Below, one piece after another: positions 31,219-44,873 of a stretch of 64,000 bases of DNA. The stretch is from Dimorphilus gyrociliatus (lineage: Eukaryota; Animalia; Annelida). The position numbers and the translations under genes were made by a program. The notes under the pieces were generated by a model, which was not told the origin of the DNA, did no database searches, and saw nothing but the letters and a program-made list of their open reading frames with translations. The stretch spans positions 55,840 to 119,839 of the forward strand of contig CAJFCJ010000059.1 in assembly GCA_904063045.1 (NCBI GenBank), in the 5' to 3' direction. Every line of letters starts with the position of its first letter. Position 1 is the first letter of the stretch.

Positions 31219-32984
31219 TTAAGACCTTGCTTCCATGAAAGGTCTAGGACTTGTGACAATTATGTTATCACCACTTTTTCTGAACATAGGATAATTTTGC
31301 AGTTCTATTTCTTCTGATTCAGCTGTTGGAGCTGAAGGTAATCTTTTTGTTTTTGTAGTAGTTTAGATAGTCTGGTAAATTGAACTCTTTTCAGTTTTTT
31401 CTTCCAAATAAAGTAAATGAAGAATCCAATTCCAATCAAGAGTATAATTGGCACAAGTGTATCTATTAGAATTTTGAAAGGTTTTCTTATCCATGAAGAA
31501 AATAGATGTTGTGTTGGTGACAAGGCTGCATCAATTCCTAAATCATTTGCAAAGTTAATATGCTCTCTATGCTTAGTCAAAGTATCCTGTATGTATTCCA
31601 AAACTTGTTGTATCTGATAATGTTTCTTGCCCACATCTTCTTTTATACCTAGTTGTAATAATTCTGTGAGTCTGACAACTTCTAGTTTTGGTTCTTCAAT
31701 TTGACTGTTGATTTTCATTCTGATTGATTGTGCTGCTGCTGTTTGGAACCTGCATCCTTTCCTTGTATAATTGATAAATGTCTTCTTGCCAGAATGTATG
31801 GCATATTGATTTTGTTCTGCATCCAAAGGATTTTTCTTGGTCTTGAAGAGATGCTGAGTTTGGTCACATGTACCATATCTTATGTCTTCTTTTGTGATGT
31901 GGTAAGCATGATGAAGTATTGGATCAATTGAGAATAGGAGATCTTTATATTTGATCAGAAATTCTTTTGAACATAATCCATTTTTTGTTATAATTGTTGT
32001 GTCACAAACTACTTGAACAGTTTTTAATTCTGTACATGTATTGAGGGTTGTTAGATCTCCTAACCATGTACTATGGGTTCCATGTTTAGATCCAAGTATT
32101 GTTGGTAGTTGAGGTGATAGTGGTGTAAGTAGGGCTATCATCTTGTTTCTCATGATAAATTCTTTGCATAAAAGTTGTGAAACTTGTTTAAAAACTGTTT
32201 GTAAATTTTGAAAATTTTTGTCAATATTGTTTAGTAGTGCAGCTGTTCTTATAGCATCTTTTATATTTATTTGGTGTGATTCTGGAATCTCCATGTTTTC
32301 TAATTGTTTCCTCTTCCATTTGTGATTTATTGGTTTTCTTTGTAAAAGTGTATATTTGCCATTTTCTGTATGAATTTGAAATTGTGTATCTTTTGGGCTT
32401 TGATACCAAATGTTCATGTTTGGGAGTGGGTTGAAAGTAACTGGTTTTTTGTCCAATTCAAAATCTTGTAATCTTACTAGTCTGGCAGGTTTTAGCTTTG
32501 TTGTTTTCAGCATTTTTAGTATATATTTGTTGTGAATATCCCAGATGTCTGGAGAAATAATTTCTTTGACAAACCAAGTCCTCACTAATGGTGTTGCATG
32601 ATTTTTTATCAGCATATGGTAGGTTTTGTCACCATCTCTATACCAATCATTATATGTTAAAATATCTTGTATTTCTGTGACATTGGCCTTTCTTAGTGAT
32701 GATTTCTTTCCAATATATTTCTCCAATCTATTAACTTCTTTTTTTGAAATGATCTTGTATTTTGTATCCTCTATTATTTTATTGTCAGCATAATTAGAAT
32801 TTGTAAGATCAGTTCTAAGTAAGTCATATTCTTTCTGGGGTACCAATACTCTGGTATCAGGACCACCATATCCTTTGATATATCTGTCTTGGTAAGGTAA
32901 ATCCATTATTGCATAGTTGGGGCAGGAAAAATATCCTCCAAGTTTTACACATTCCACATTATGGGAAACTATTTTCCATGGTGA
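31219..32984 (-). pseudogene. env: Family B env (C-terminal two-thirds), 5' part removed at the A2 insertion; frameshift in the cytoplasmic tail
   Basis: Colinear with env A (SPWKIVSHNVECVKLGGYFSCPNY vs SPWIKISNRISCIKFAGHYSCPGY); TM ILIDTLVPIILLIGIGFFIYFIW. Confidence 0.88.
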
Positions 32985-33619
32985 TGTACTGCTCTTGCTG
33001 GCAAAATCTATGCGTTTGCAAGTTATAACAATACTGGTTCTACTCAAACCTTTAAACAAATGTTTAAATTAAAATGGTTTATTCGCAATAATAATACTTA
33101 AGCAAGTAACAATATGAGAGTTCGATAGCAGAGTAGATAGTTTGTAAAAGCAGGTTGCCAAATTACCAAACTGTCTTCTAATGTTGAGGAGTAGATGGAT
33201 GGTTCCAGTGGAGGTTGTTTCCAGATGATTTTCCCAGGTCCTTGGGTCCAGATGGAAGCTGCATGCCAAATGAGAATAATGAGGATTTATATACTTTGAG
33301 GTTTGTCTCTGACATCCAATCATCACTTTACAGTTGCCGAAATGTGTAGTTCATATTTATCTTTAGTAACAGGATGTTACAAGGTTCAACATTTAGGAAG
33401 GTTAATTGAATTATAACTTGGCCACACCCTAGGCAAGTTAATTAAATTATAACTTGGCCAAACCTTTATTGGTAATTAAAGATGAGCCTTCAAGCTGACT
33501 AATCAGACTTATGTTTGGCCAATGTTATAGCATTTTCTTGCGTAGGTTTTAAGATGTACATGTATATGTTGCATAAAATAATAGAGTTCAAGCATGTAAA
33601 ATATAACCAAAGTTGTACA
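32985..33619 (-). repeat. 3' LTR of family A copy A2 (635 bp)
   Basis: Reverse complement of 3410-4044 with few differences; PPT at 33621-33634. Confidence 0.97.
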
Positions 33620-33650
33620 ACTTCCCCCTTCTTTGTGAAGATGAGTCCCT

Positions 33651-36301
33651 TCATCTTGATTTAATGAGAATTACAGGTGGTTGTTCTTCTTCATTAGTTT
33701 GATGTTGACTAAAGCTACAACTTTGTTTCATTAGTTTTGGGTTTTCAGGAGAGTTATCTGTGCTCTCACTTGGGGTAGCAATTTCTTCTCTTTGTTTTCT
33801 TCTTCCAATAATATAGTTGAAAATGATGATACATACCATTGACACTACAATACTCAAACAAATATTTCGTATGATAACATAAAGTGTTTTCCCAGGTTTA
33901 TAGTACCAACTATGGAAAAACTGTTTAATTCCAGATAAATTGGGTACAATGCCATTTTTCTCTGCAACAGTGACCATGTTATCATACCTTGCCTGCTTCT
34001 GTTCCAGTGAACTGATAACTTGCTTAATTTTTGAGTGCTGGTATGCAATATCCTTCTTTACCCCATGGTGGAGTAGATCAGCTAATCTGGCAATTTCAAT
34101 TTTTGGTTCAGAAAGGTGATTGTGGATATGTAACTGCATGGATTTTGCAGACACAGTGTGAAATCTGCATCCTCTTTCTGAATAATACACATATGTTTTG
34201 TCTTTCATTGGTTGGTTTCTTATAGGATTTAATGGGTTGTGAGTTGTTTTGTAGAATAACTTGTTAGACTTACACTCATTATAGGTAATCTCTTCAGGAT
34301 TGACTTGCTGTAAAACATGAGTAACTGGTTCTACTTGGAAAAGCAGGTTGTTCATGGTGACAAGTAAAAATTGAGAACATTTGTTATTCTTTTTTATCAT
34401 GCTTAAGTCACAAACTACTTCTGTTGAGGCTATTGGTGAACATTGTTTAATTATAGCTAATTCTCCCATCTGACTACTGTGCATTCCCAACTCATTTGTT
34501 AACACTGTGGTCAATTGAGGATCCAAATTTGCTAGTAATGCCATCATTCTGCTTCTTTGAACAAATTGATTGCAGAGAAGACTTGACAGCTGTTGGGTAA
34601 ACTTTTTTAAATTCTTAAAATTTGAATCAATACCATGTAGTAAGGTAGATGTTTGGGCAGCTTCTCTCATTTCCAATGGGAATTTGTGGTATGGGTTTTT
34701 ACTTATCTTATGTTTCAGTTTTGCTTCCTTCTTCATCTGCTTTTTAGCCATTCTCATGTGTAGAGTAAAATAAATTCCTTCATAGGTAATCTTAAATTCT
34801 CTGGCTGGTGGTCCTTTATACCATATGCCCAATGTTGGTAATACCTTCTTTTTGATTCTTTTCTCACTGTATACATATTTTGAAATCGTCACAGATTGTC
34901 TTGTTGCCCTTGTCCAATTGACTGCTTGCAGCATTTCTTGGATATAATAGTTATCCAGCTCCCAGTAAGATGGACTAATGGGTTGTTGTAGATGATATAT
35001 CACAACTTCCTTGAGTGTGCCTTTATTTCTCATTAGTTTATACTTTGTGTTTGTTTCTCTGTACCATTGGTTAAGACTTGGTAAGGGGTTGTTTCGCTTG
35101 TATAGTATAATTTGTTCTTTAACTTTATTGGGATAGTTTAATAGTCGTTTTTCTTCATTTTTGCCAATCTTCTGATATTGTAGCAAATTGTATAGGTGTT
35201 CCTTGCTTGTTTCCTGTATTAAACTCTGTTCCTCCAGTGGTACTAGTACTTTTGTTCCAGGACCACCAATTCCATCAATAAACTTATCTTGATAAGGGAT
35301 GTCCAGAATAGAATACCCTGGACAAGAATAGTGACCAGCAAATTTGATACAACTAATTCTGTTGCTAATTTTTATCCATGGTGATTGTTGCCCAAGTGTG
35401 TAATTATTCTTGAGGTTTCTAAAGACAATAATTGCCTCTTCTGTCTCACAATAGGACTGCCCTGGTAAACAATCTTCCAGGTAGTCCAGATTAGTTGTAA
35501 TTTTCATATTAGGAGGTTGTCAATATGCTTTGCCAAACTGGATAATTGTGGTGTATTCCAGCACCTTGGTAGTTGTTGGCCATCTGTAGGCAGCAGGAAA
35601 CTGATCTTGGTGGATCCAAGTGTTTCTTTTCACCATTAAAGGTTTTCCTTGAAAAGATCGTTTGTCTTTTACCATCTGTCTGCATTGATCATGAGTTACT
35701 TTGATAACTGAGTTAACAATTCTCCTCTTCTTTGCTCCAAAGAAATAGTAAGTGTAAAAATTAGTTCTTAGATACACTTGACATTTTACTGCTCTTGTTT
35801 CAATTTCTTCCAAGTTCAATTCATAGATATCAGCTGTAATTGTCTTGGTTTCTTGTGATTCTATATTACAAGTTGGCTCATCTGCTAGATCAAATGCCTG
35901 GCTTGGTAGTTGGTTAGAACAAAAGTATAACGGTGGTTTAAATGTTAAGGTAATGTTTGCACTTGTAACATGTGCACCTTGGTAGGATGGTTTTGGGACT
36001 GTTATTGAGTGGATGCAGCCACAGATCACCATTACAGTCATCACTAGTGGAAGCCACAACATCTGTTTCATGTTAGCTCTTCCTGTGTTGGCTATAGTTG
36101 AATGGTTGAAAATTTTGTGTTGTTGTTCCACTCTGATAGTTATTCCATCTTCTAACTCTATATATTGTGGTTCCACTTCTTGTTGGGAATCTAATTGTTC
36201 AGAGATGATTTTAGTCTCATCTAAAAAGATGACTGACTCATTGTCTGTGTCACTTGTATTTTCTTTCTCATCTTGGGATGAATCTACCACTATGAGGACT
36301 C
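33651..36301 (-). pseudogene. env: A2 acidic spacer-env, with a TGG to TGA nonsense at 35520-35522, truncated at the assembly N (36302)
   Basis: Near-identical to 9341-11990; ORFs 35520-36311 and 33651-35507 are in the same frame. Confidence 0.92.
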
Positions 36302-36360
36302 NTTTGTACAAGATTCTCCTTCTTGTAAATAGACAATTCTTCCATCTGTGATTTTTTGAC

Positions 36361-36591
36361 TGTACACATACATTCGTCAGCTATATTCTACAATAGAGAA
36401 GTAGTATTGAACCAGTATTGTACTATGCAGATAGCACTGATAAAGATAAGCAGTAGTGACCTAGTTTCGCATAGGGCAGTGCATACACATTATGCAGTAA
36501 TAAAACCTATTGAATTATATAAAGAATATTTGCTATTTGCAACCTAGCATTAATATTACAATTTATTAATCCATAAATTTAGGATTTCGAA
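36361..36591 (+). repeat. Truncated family B LTR (first ~230 bp)
   Basis: TGTACACATACATTCGTCAGC... matches 54339-54570. Confidence 0.9.
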
Positions 36592-36599
36592 TCCAAAAA

Positions 36600-37953
36600 G
36601 TTACCCAAAAATCATTCCATTGTTGACAATTGATATATTGTTGAACCGATGAGTCACAGAATTTTTTATTTGGATTTAAGATCTCTATAAAACTTTCTAC
36701 TGTATTTGATATGAAAATTTTATAAATTGCAATATCGTTATAATAGAATGAAATATATATCTCGCTGCAACTGCTCTTCTCTCTGTACAAACTGAAACTG
36801 AATGATTTAAAATTGTTGTAAATGTATGATGGAAGATTGTAAACAAATTCTAAAGTGTTTTGTAAAATATATGTTCTTTTTGGTGAATCTGTGAAAAACA
36901 AAAAAATCAATAATTCATTGACAGAATAATCAATATTTTTTTTTTACATACTTTCAATAAACACTTGAACTAATGAAAATCCAATTTTCCGACGTCCTGT
37001 TACTTCTGTAGTTTCTACGTAAACTGGAGTTTACAATAAAATCTTTGGTATATTGAAAACACTGCTGATAAGGATTTTCCTTTAGATCAAGAAATTTGAT
37101 CAGACCGGAAGTCGATTTTACTTTAACCTTTGTAATATAATATCTTTCGGCCTGACGTTGCTAATTGCCAAGACAAAAGATTATTGGGTTGCCATAAAGT
37201 GCGAATGTAACATTAATGTATTGTCCAATGCAGGTTTCGTATAAACAATCAGCACAATATTCCATACGGTGAAAAAATATACAACTTGTTAAATCCAATG
37301 CCTTTTCGCAAGCCCAGTTTTGGTGTATTTTAGTTTTTGCAGTACATGTTCCTCCGTTTGATCCTAAGGCTATATCTGTAAAATATTTTTCACTGTCGAC
37401 TTTTCCAGAAATATCTGTTTTTTCCAACAAAAAACGGTGCTATTTTGCAGTAGAAAACGAATAGTTTAATGATAATACAAACCAATGTCGTATGCAAATA
37501 TCATAACTGAAGTAAAGCCTGAATTTTCTGCGGTTGATGAATGAAATGGAGAAAAAGTCATGTTTTGTATTTGTCCAAAATTATTAATGCTTGGTAGAAA
37601 ACATTGAATTTCCGCTTCAATATCAAGCGTCACTATATATGGTGAGTCATTGCCAACAGTAATTACAGCGTGTCTTGCTACATGCGTAGACGAAAGAAAT
37701 GGTTGAGAAACGCAATATTCAATAATATCATATGGTTTTCTAAAATTTATTTTCCGAACTACTACAATCTGAGATACACTTTGTCCTCCAAGATTTTCAT
37801 TTGAACCCAATGTGGATAGAATACATTATCGCATACAAAGTTAAATCCTGCATGTGGAGATGCAGTTGTCATACTTGTACACGTTGAATTCATTGATTTA
37901 TCAGCAATATTGATTAATTTTCCTTCTGAATAATAATTTAAAATATTAAACAA
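36600..37953 (-). other. Uncharacterised multi-exon, Cys-containing protein gene or pseudogene (possibly carbohydrate-binding/discoidin-like repeats)
   Basis: Consecutive minus ORFs 37762-37953, 37466-37810, 37161-37430 and 36566-36910, with GT/AG borders and more CpG than the flanks. Domain guess is weak. Confidence 0.35.
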
Positions 37954-38279
37954 ATTGTTGTTTTTGTTATCTAAAAATGAAAGAGAGAAGTTAACGAATT
38001 TCCAGATCCGAATGTAAAAGATTATTTATCTTATTCAAAAGTATTCAATCACAAATTTGAATTTGGCACAATTCAACTTTAAACAAAGCAGAAAATGTAA
38101 GCAAAACTATACTAACTAGTTTGTATTGATGAAAGAGAAGATAAGAACAAGGAAGAGACTTGCAAAATAATGAAAATATACATTGGTAACAAGAATTCAG
38201 TATCTTCACATTTTTGATTAAAAAGACTGTTTCCATATAATAATATTAGAGTTTCATTTATTCATTTCTTTTGTCATTG

Positions 38280-38630
38280 TTTATATTTTAGAACATTTTT
38301 GCAGCAAATTTCCAAATTTTCTACATTGTTCTTCGCTCAAAGAGCATCTGTTGAAATCAATATACTTTAGTGTATTTGATGATTGTTCAAGTCCTTCAAA
38401 TATGTCAACTAATCCACTATGCAAAGCACCATTTTCTGAAATATTTATTGTTTTTTGTTTTAGAACATTTTTTCAGTAATTTTCCAAATTTTCTACATTG
38501 TTCTTCACTCAGAGAGCAGTTTTGAAATTTAACATACTTTAATGTTTTTGATGATTGTTCAAGTCTTTCCCAAATGCTTTTCATAATTGTACAGATATAT
38601 AGACATTTTCCATGAACATCCAATAATCCT
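38280..38630 (-). pseudogene. NLR-type LRR remnant (two 57-aa units)
   Basis: LEQSSKTLKYVKFQNCSLSEEQCRKFGKLLKKCSK is homologous to the 20701-22581 units. Confidence 0.75.
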
Positions 38631-41600
38631 TAGCATAAAGACTGCAATGAGCAAGAACTTCCAATGGTCAAAAATAAAACAAGACACAAATCATAAAGTT
38701 ATACTCTAAACAGTATAAACCACATTTATAACCACAGAGTTGTATATATTGTTAATTTATAACCTTCAATAATGTCTTGCGGCTATACTTTGTCTGTAAA
38801 ATGTTATCAAAGATCAAAGATTATTTTATTTTTTATACAGAAAGTGAAGTTTTAATTCCAACTAAATAACAAAATAAAAAAAAAAGCTAAAATTGTCCTT
38901 AATGCAAAAAGATAAATTAGATAAAAAAAACTTGTTATTCCTCAATTCATTTTTTGAATTTGGCCTATCACATTAAAGTGATTATATTTCTGAGATTTAA
39001 AACGAAAGTAATTATGATTGGATATTTTCAGAGTGGCATCATAAACTCTTATAATTTTAAACAAATATTAATGTTGACCTATTTGTATACAACTTTCATA
39101 ATACATAATAACCTTACATTTTGTCTCTAATCTTACTTTTACTTGTGTGAATAGTGAAATTTTGTCAACGGATGCAACAGAAAACGTCGACAAATCAGTA
39201 CTTTTACCCTAACCCTAACCCAGCCCTTAGCTCTACCTAACCCTTTTCTGTTGTACAGATATATCTTATATCAACAACAAATTTCAAACAATTACTATGC
39301 AGAAAGATCAAATTATATTTCAAATATTGAGTTTGGACTTGGCAGTTCAAAAGTATTTTCGAGAAATCATAAAAATAAAATTCAGGAAGTTTATTGTTGC
39401 CTTGATATTTCTCTATTTTCTTCATAGTGAATATTTTCTTTGTCAAACAACAAATTTCTTTTGGCAAAATATCAAAATATATATTTAAAACACTTTAAAA
39501 GTATTAGATGTCACTGATTCATATTTAAATAATCACCAGTAAGTTCAATTTTAATAGAATAATATAAAAGATCTACCAATAAGTATAAATCAAATCTAAA
39601 ATTCTAAGACATTATCTGGACAGTTCACCAACTGCAAAGCAATAATTGAGAATTAGATGCAAACTTCAGAGTGTATAAACCCTCCACTGAAAACAAGCTT
39701 AGTTCAACAAGATATCTACTTTACCACAATGGATGTTAGTGTGATAATTTAGCATATGTCAAGACTACACATTTGTTAATTATTTAGTTTATTTCAAATT
39801 GCAGTAAAACAAACATAGGAGGTTTAACCTATTCAACTATTAGTGAGCTCATTCATAAACATCAATAAATTCATTGTCACTTGCATAGGTGAATTTTACA
39901 ATTGAATAAAAAAAATTTGAAAAATCATTTTTCAGGTATAAAATTTCTTCATCATTCCTAAAACAGAAACTGATATCAAAAACCCTTAATGTATTTGATG
40001 ATTGAAAATAATATATTCTCCCTAAAATAGAAAATAAAAGTAGAACAATACTAAAAATTTCAAAGAATAAAATAGCAAAAGTGGGTTGGGACATTTTATC
40101 CTGAACATTTTGCCCCTGAATGGGATATTTTTTCTCCCTTTTCCCTTGACAAAATAATCATGTGATCATGCACATTTTTTATGATTGGTTTGTTGAACCA
40201 ATGCACTTTTTTGATCATTCTTGTTCACTTAGATGTCATGATATGATATATTAATATTTTAGACTTTATATATAAAGGTACATTAGAAAGACTTCTATTT
40301 CATAGGAATTACAATGGTGCAACTTTAGAAGGGCTTTTATTTCGTAGAGTTAGCTTTTAGTACTTTAGAAAGAATTTTATTTTGCAAGAAATTGTGTGGG
40401 ACAATCCATTCATGTTTCTAAATCCCTATTCTGCTTTTTCTCTGCATATAACTTCCATTCACACATGTCATTACTGAAACTGTCTTCCTAGCAACACTTT
40501 TTGGAACTCCCTATTTTCCATATGTTGAACCCTCACTTATAAAGGCCTTATTACACTATCCCAAGAGAAAGAATTCTATGTAAATATTTAAAATTGATTG
40601 GCAAGAGATCTTTTAATCTCTGAAGTGACCAGGTATGCCTGTGACAAAATATACTGTATATTTAGTATTGCTCTTTATATATTGCTTCCAGACCAAACTG
40701 TCCAGTGAAACATATACATTTGAAGATGAATTTTTTTTAGAAAATGTAAATTTTTTAAGATTTAAAAGCAGTTTTAATGCATTTCTCAGTCCATTCCCTG
40801 GTATGATCAGCTTCAGTCAAGCCAGTTCTTAATTGAACACATACAACCCTGTTGTATTGTTGAAAATTGTTGATATGAGACTGAAGCTGATTTAACAGTA
40901 ATCCTTTTGGTTTAAATAGTTTCTCAAAGTATTGTAAAAACAGTTTTATATCTGTTTTATTTTCCTTAAATTTCTCAGTTGAAAGTTAGTTTTTGAATAG
41001 TGATCACATTTGAATAAAGAAGTCTCTTTGTAGTATATTTATGAGTTTTCAATTTATTCTTCTCAACAACTTCAATAGAGTCAAGTATGTTCTTGATATA
41101 AACATTCTTCTTTGAAGTAGAAAAATAACTTTGAAATTTTTTAGCCTGGTTTGATAGCTACACTGTTTACCTAATGTCAATATTTATATATTAGAAATGT
41201 CCAATGTCATCTGTTTAAAATGATCTTTTAAAATGTTTTAAATAAAAATTTAATTGCAAATTATGTCATAGCAAAGTAAAAACTCCATGTTTCTTGTATA
41301 TATTATATTATAAGTGAATAAGTGACAGAAAAAACTGGTCACCCATAAGTTTTTATAGGCTAACTTTTAAAGTGGCCCATATATGCCATTTTAAAACAAA
41401 CCTGCCTCATCAGCATTTGGTATTGAGTAACAAGTAACAACTTTGACATTCATATTTTATTATGTTATTTTGTTCCATTGTTAATTCTATAGTGGCTCAA
41501 TCAAATATTGGCAAAGAATCTATATCTTACAAAATAGAATTGTTTCTAAAGTTCTAGAATCTAATTCTATGAAAGTTCCACCATTATGAGTATATTATTA

Positions 41601-41946
41601 TAGCTAAGTGCACAGCCTCATTTAGAAAATTGATAGATGACATATAATTGTAAATAGTTTATTAAAGAGCTCTATTATTGGTTTATTGTATCAAAATTAG
41701 TATTTTAGCCTAGGTGCTTGTCCAAGTTCTGCCTACAACGATTCTTAGAATTATAATTATAGATAAGTGTAAACAATTCTTCAAAAACTTATTTTTAAAA
41801 AATTGCCAATTTCAGCAAAAAAAAATAATATATAAATAATCATAAATACCATACTAATGGCTGAATTGATTAACAACTAATACTGGTGTGTTTTTCTCAT
41901 TCAATCTTTACAGATAAAATTGGAAGAGAAGAATAAAGAAATAGAA

Positions 41947-44317
41947 ATGTTTAAAAATTTTCAAGCAGGCGTTCTGTTCATCAGTGTAAGTGATATTTGT
42001 TGTTTCTTTCTATTCAATTTTTACATATTCAAAGGTAAATTTCTTTCAATAGATTCTTTTATTTAAAAATGATGTTAAAAGTGATAAATGTATTGACAAC
42101 ATTTTAAAGGAAAATATGAAATTGATACAGAATGATATAAATCAAAGAATTGATAATTTGATTAGTTTGTATTCAAAAATCTTTATACTTTTCCTATTAA
42201 ATTTTTCTTTTTCTTTTTCAGGTTCAGTCAACAATCCAAGATTATCAAAACACAGTTTAAAACAAATTGAATGCAAAGGACAGATAACGTTAAATCAAAA
42301 ATTGAATGGTAAAATGATAACGGATTATTTAATCACTTCAAAGGATTATCCATCGGATTATCCAAATAATCATAATTGTATGATAATTATGAATGTTGAA
42401 GAAGCATTTAATGGGGTTTGTATGAGGAAAATAGACAAATCTATTGTCCAATAATTAGTTAAATTGGGATAAAATTTGGGATTAAAATCCATTTATGCTA
42501 TAATTATGTATACTTTACCAATAATGTTAAATGAATTTCTATTTATAGTACATAGAGTTCACATTTCACGAATTCCATCTGGAATTTTCAAAAAATTGCC
42601 GTTACGACTCTCTAACAATTTCTGATGATAGAGAAACAGTGACTCTATGTGGAAAAGGCCTAATGAAAAGTTAGAAATATCTTATCATTTTTTACTGCCA
42701 AAAACCATTCATTTTGTAAATTTTGAATTATTTACAGATTCTACTGCAAATTTTGGAGATAATGTTAACGTTGGAATGCATCCGACAATAAATAAAACAA
42801 TTAAATTGAAACCAAATGGAGCATTAGTCATTCATTTTAAAACTGGTAACAAATTCACAAAATCTGGATTTGTTTTAAAAGTTAATTTTAGAAATGATAA
42901 GTTAAATTGTAATAGAAATGGAACAGTTAGTGATAAAATTGATAAAATTACTGAAATGATACAAACTAGAGAGAGTCGAAGAGATGACTTTTATTCATCA
43001 GGTAACTACTCTGATGAAAACACAACAATTAGTAGTAATAGCAGTAGCAGTAGTAGTAGTAGTAACATTTCCATGGAAATAAACTCAACTACTCCTATGC
43101 CCCAATTAACACCACAAACAAGAGAAATACAAAAATCAGCAACGCTACTCGTAAACAATAAAACAATTTCTTGCGATAGTCTAAAATTTTCTGAATTGGA
43201 ATTTGATTGTAATGGAAAAAGCTATGATATCATTTCAAATAATCCATATTTGCCCAATTCAAATTGTCGTATTGATTTACTACCTCCAAAAGAGAAGAAT
43301 GGGGTAAAAATAATCATTTTTTTAATAAATACAAAACAACAAAAAATATTCTATTTCTTTTTTTGCAGACGATTTTTTTCAAATTTAAATATTTTAGTAC
43401 AGAAAGTAGTTTAGAATGCAAATACGATTATGTTCAGATTGTTGATGATCATGGATTGACTCATGAATTCTGCGGAGATCAAAGTAAACATATCACCAAT
43501 TTGATTTTCAAATTGTATTTTTTATTACTCTTCTCCCCTTTTTTTTATAGTTCTGGGCGATAAAGGGAATACTTCCCTACAAAGTACACGCTATCCTAAT
43601 GAAGTGGATATAAATAAAACATATTTTACAAAAATGAAAAAATTATTTCAATTAAGATTTAAAAGTGATGATGGATTTAATCAATTCTCTGGATTTCATT
43701 TAAGAACAACATTCTCTTGTCAACCATTCGTTCTACCAGAGAGACAAGTTTTATGCAAAAGGAATAGTGAAAATATTCAAATACACTGCGATATGGGAGA
43801 TTTAAGAATCATTGCTCCAATCAGTAAAACTAATAAATGGTGTTCAATTATTTTAGCTGTACACAGAAAAAAGATTGTATGTTATCTATATTTTTTCACT
43901 ATTCAAAACATTCAAATCAATTGTTTGTTTATCATTTTAGGAAGTTGAATTTGAATTTCTCTCATTCAATCTAAAGAAAAAAACTGGAATGAATTACAAT
44001 GCTTTGCAATTTGCTCTAAATTTTCAGTATATTAAGTATTCTGGAAAAGCGAATGAAGTGGGGTTAGTATACATAGTATTACCTTCATTGCAAGGTCAAG
44101 GTCATAATATATAAAATGATATATTCCGCTTTCTATTTATGCTAGTACGGGAAAGAATCGAATTAGCCTCTTCAGTGGAGAAGATTTTAAACCTCCAAAA
44201 CTGGGAACAACTTATTACATTAGCGAAACTGGAGATTTAGGAATCCATTATTCCGAAAATACTGATACTGTAGGAAATTCATTTGAAATGATTGCACGTG
44301 CAAAATGTACTTCATAA
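41947..44317 (+). CDS. Secreted multi-CUB domain protein (about 3 CUB domains with an S/T-rich linker), multi-exon
   Basis: CUB motifs ITSKDYPSDYPNNHNC, IEFTFHEFHLE..CRYDSL, ECKYDYVQI..FCG and FKSDD..FSGF; signal-like N-terminus; short GT-AG introns. Confidence 0.78.
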
Positions 44318-44689
44318 AAGCTTAAATATTATTTTACATTTATTGTAGTAGTTGTCTATTCAATCTAATCTGCTTTTTACTGTTCAAAAATTTCATTTAG
44401 CAATAAAGTAAAAAAGAGAAAAAAGTAACAATGTTTTGTACAATTTTCAATAATCAACTCCTCATAGATATTTTCTTGCAAAATTTTCAAAGAATAGGCT
44501 TTGAGTAAATGAGTTTCTAGTTCTAAACAACGAAGTTTAAATAACTAGCTCATGGCGAAAGAAATGAACTGACAAGCTGGGGAAATGTTTTAAAGGCTTA
44601 CCCAGAAGAAATGTGACAATCCCATAATTCACATGTAACAAGAATATGAAAGATTGTTATATCACACATAAATGTGTTTTTTACTTCCT

Positions 44690-44873
44690 TTTTAATGAAC
44701 TTCCTTGTTGGCGAATTCTTTGTAGGACATCTCAGCCTTTTAGTTCTTTTATTGCACACCCAAATGCTATTTTTAGAAGTTTTAGCCTTGAGTGTGAATG
44801 AAAATTCATTGTTTATCAGAATGTGTTTTTCAAGTTGACTTTCACTCCAACTTATTTGAAAATCCTTATTCAT
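44690..44873 (-). pseudogene. FLYWCH fragment of a MULE transposase
   Basis: ILINNEFSFTLKAKTSKNSIWVCNKRTKRLRCP resembles ILLNDGYSFVVKHKTPSSTIWVCSVRSKKKRC (17399 ORF). Confidence 0.6.

Noticed and set aside
31305-33059. 584-aa ORF suggesting an LTR-encoded peptide fused to env B
   Set aside because: It starts at a TTG inside the A2 LTR. The in-frame join is a chance result of the insertion, and the ORF end is a frameshifted tail (the true stop is at 31219).
39200-39245. Telomere or interstitial telomeric array
   Set aside because: Only 2-3 CCCTAA units; kept only as a weak boundary motif.
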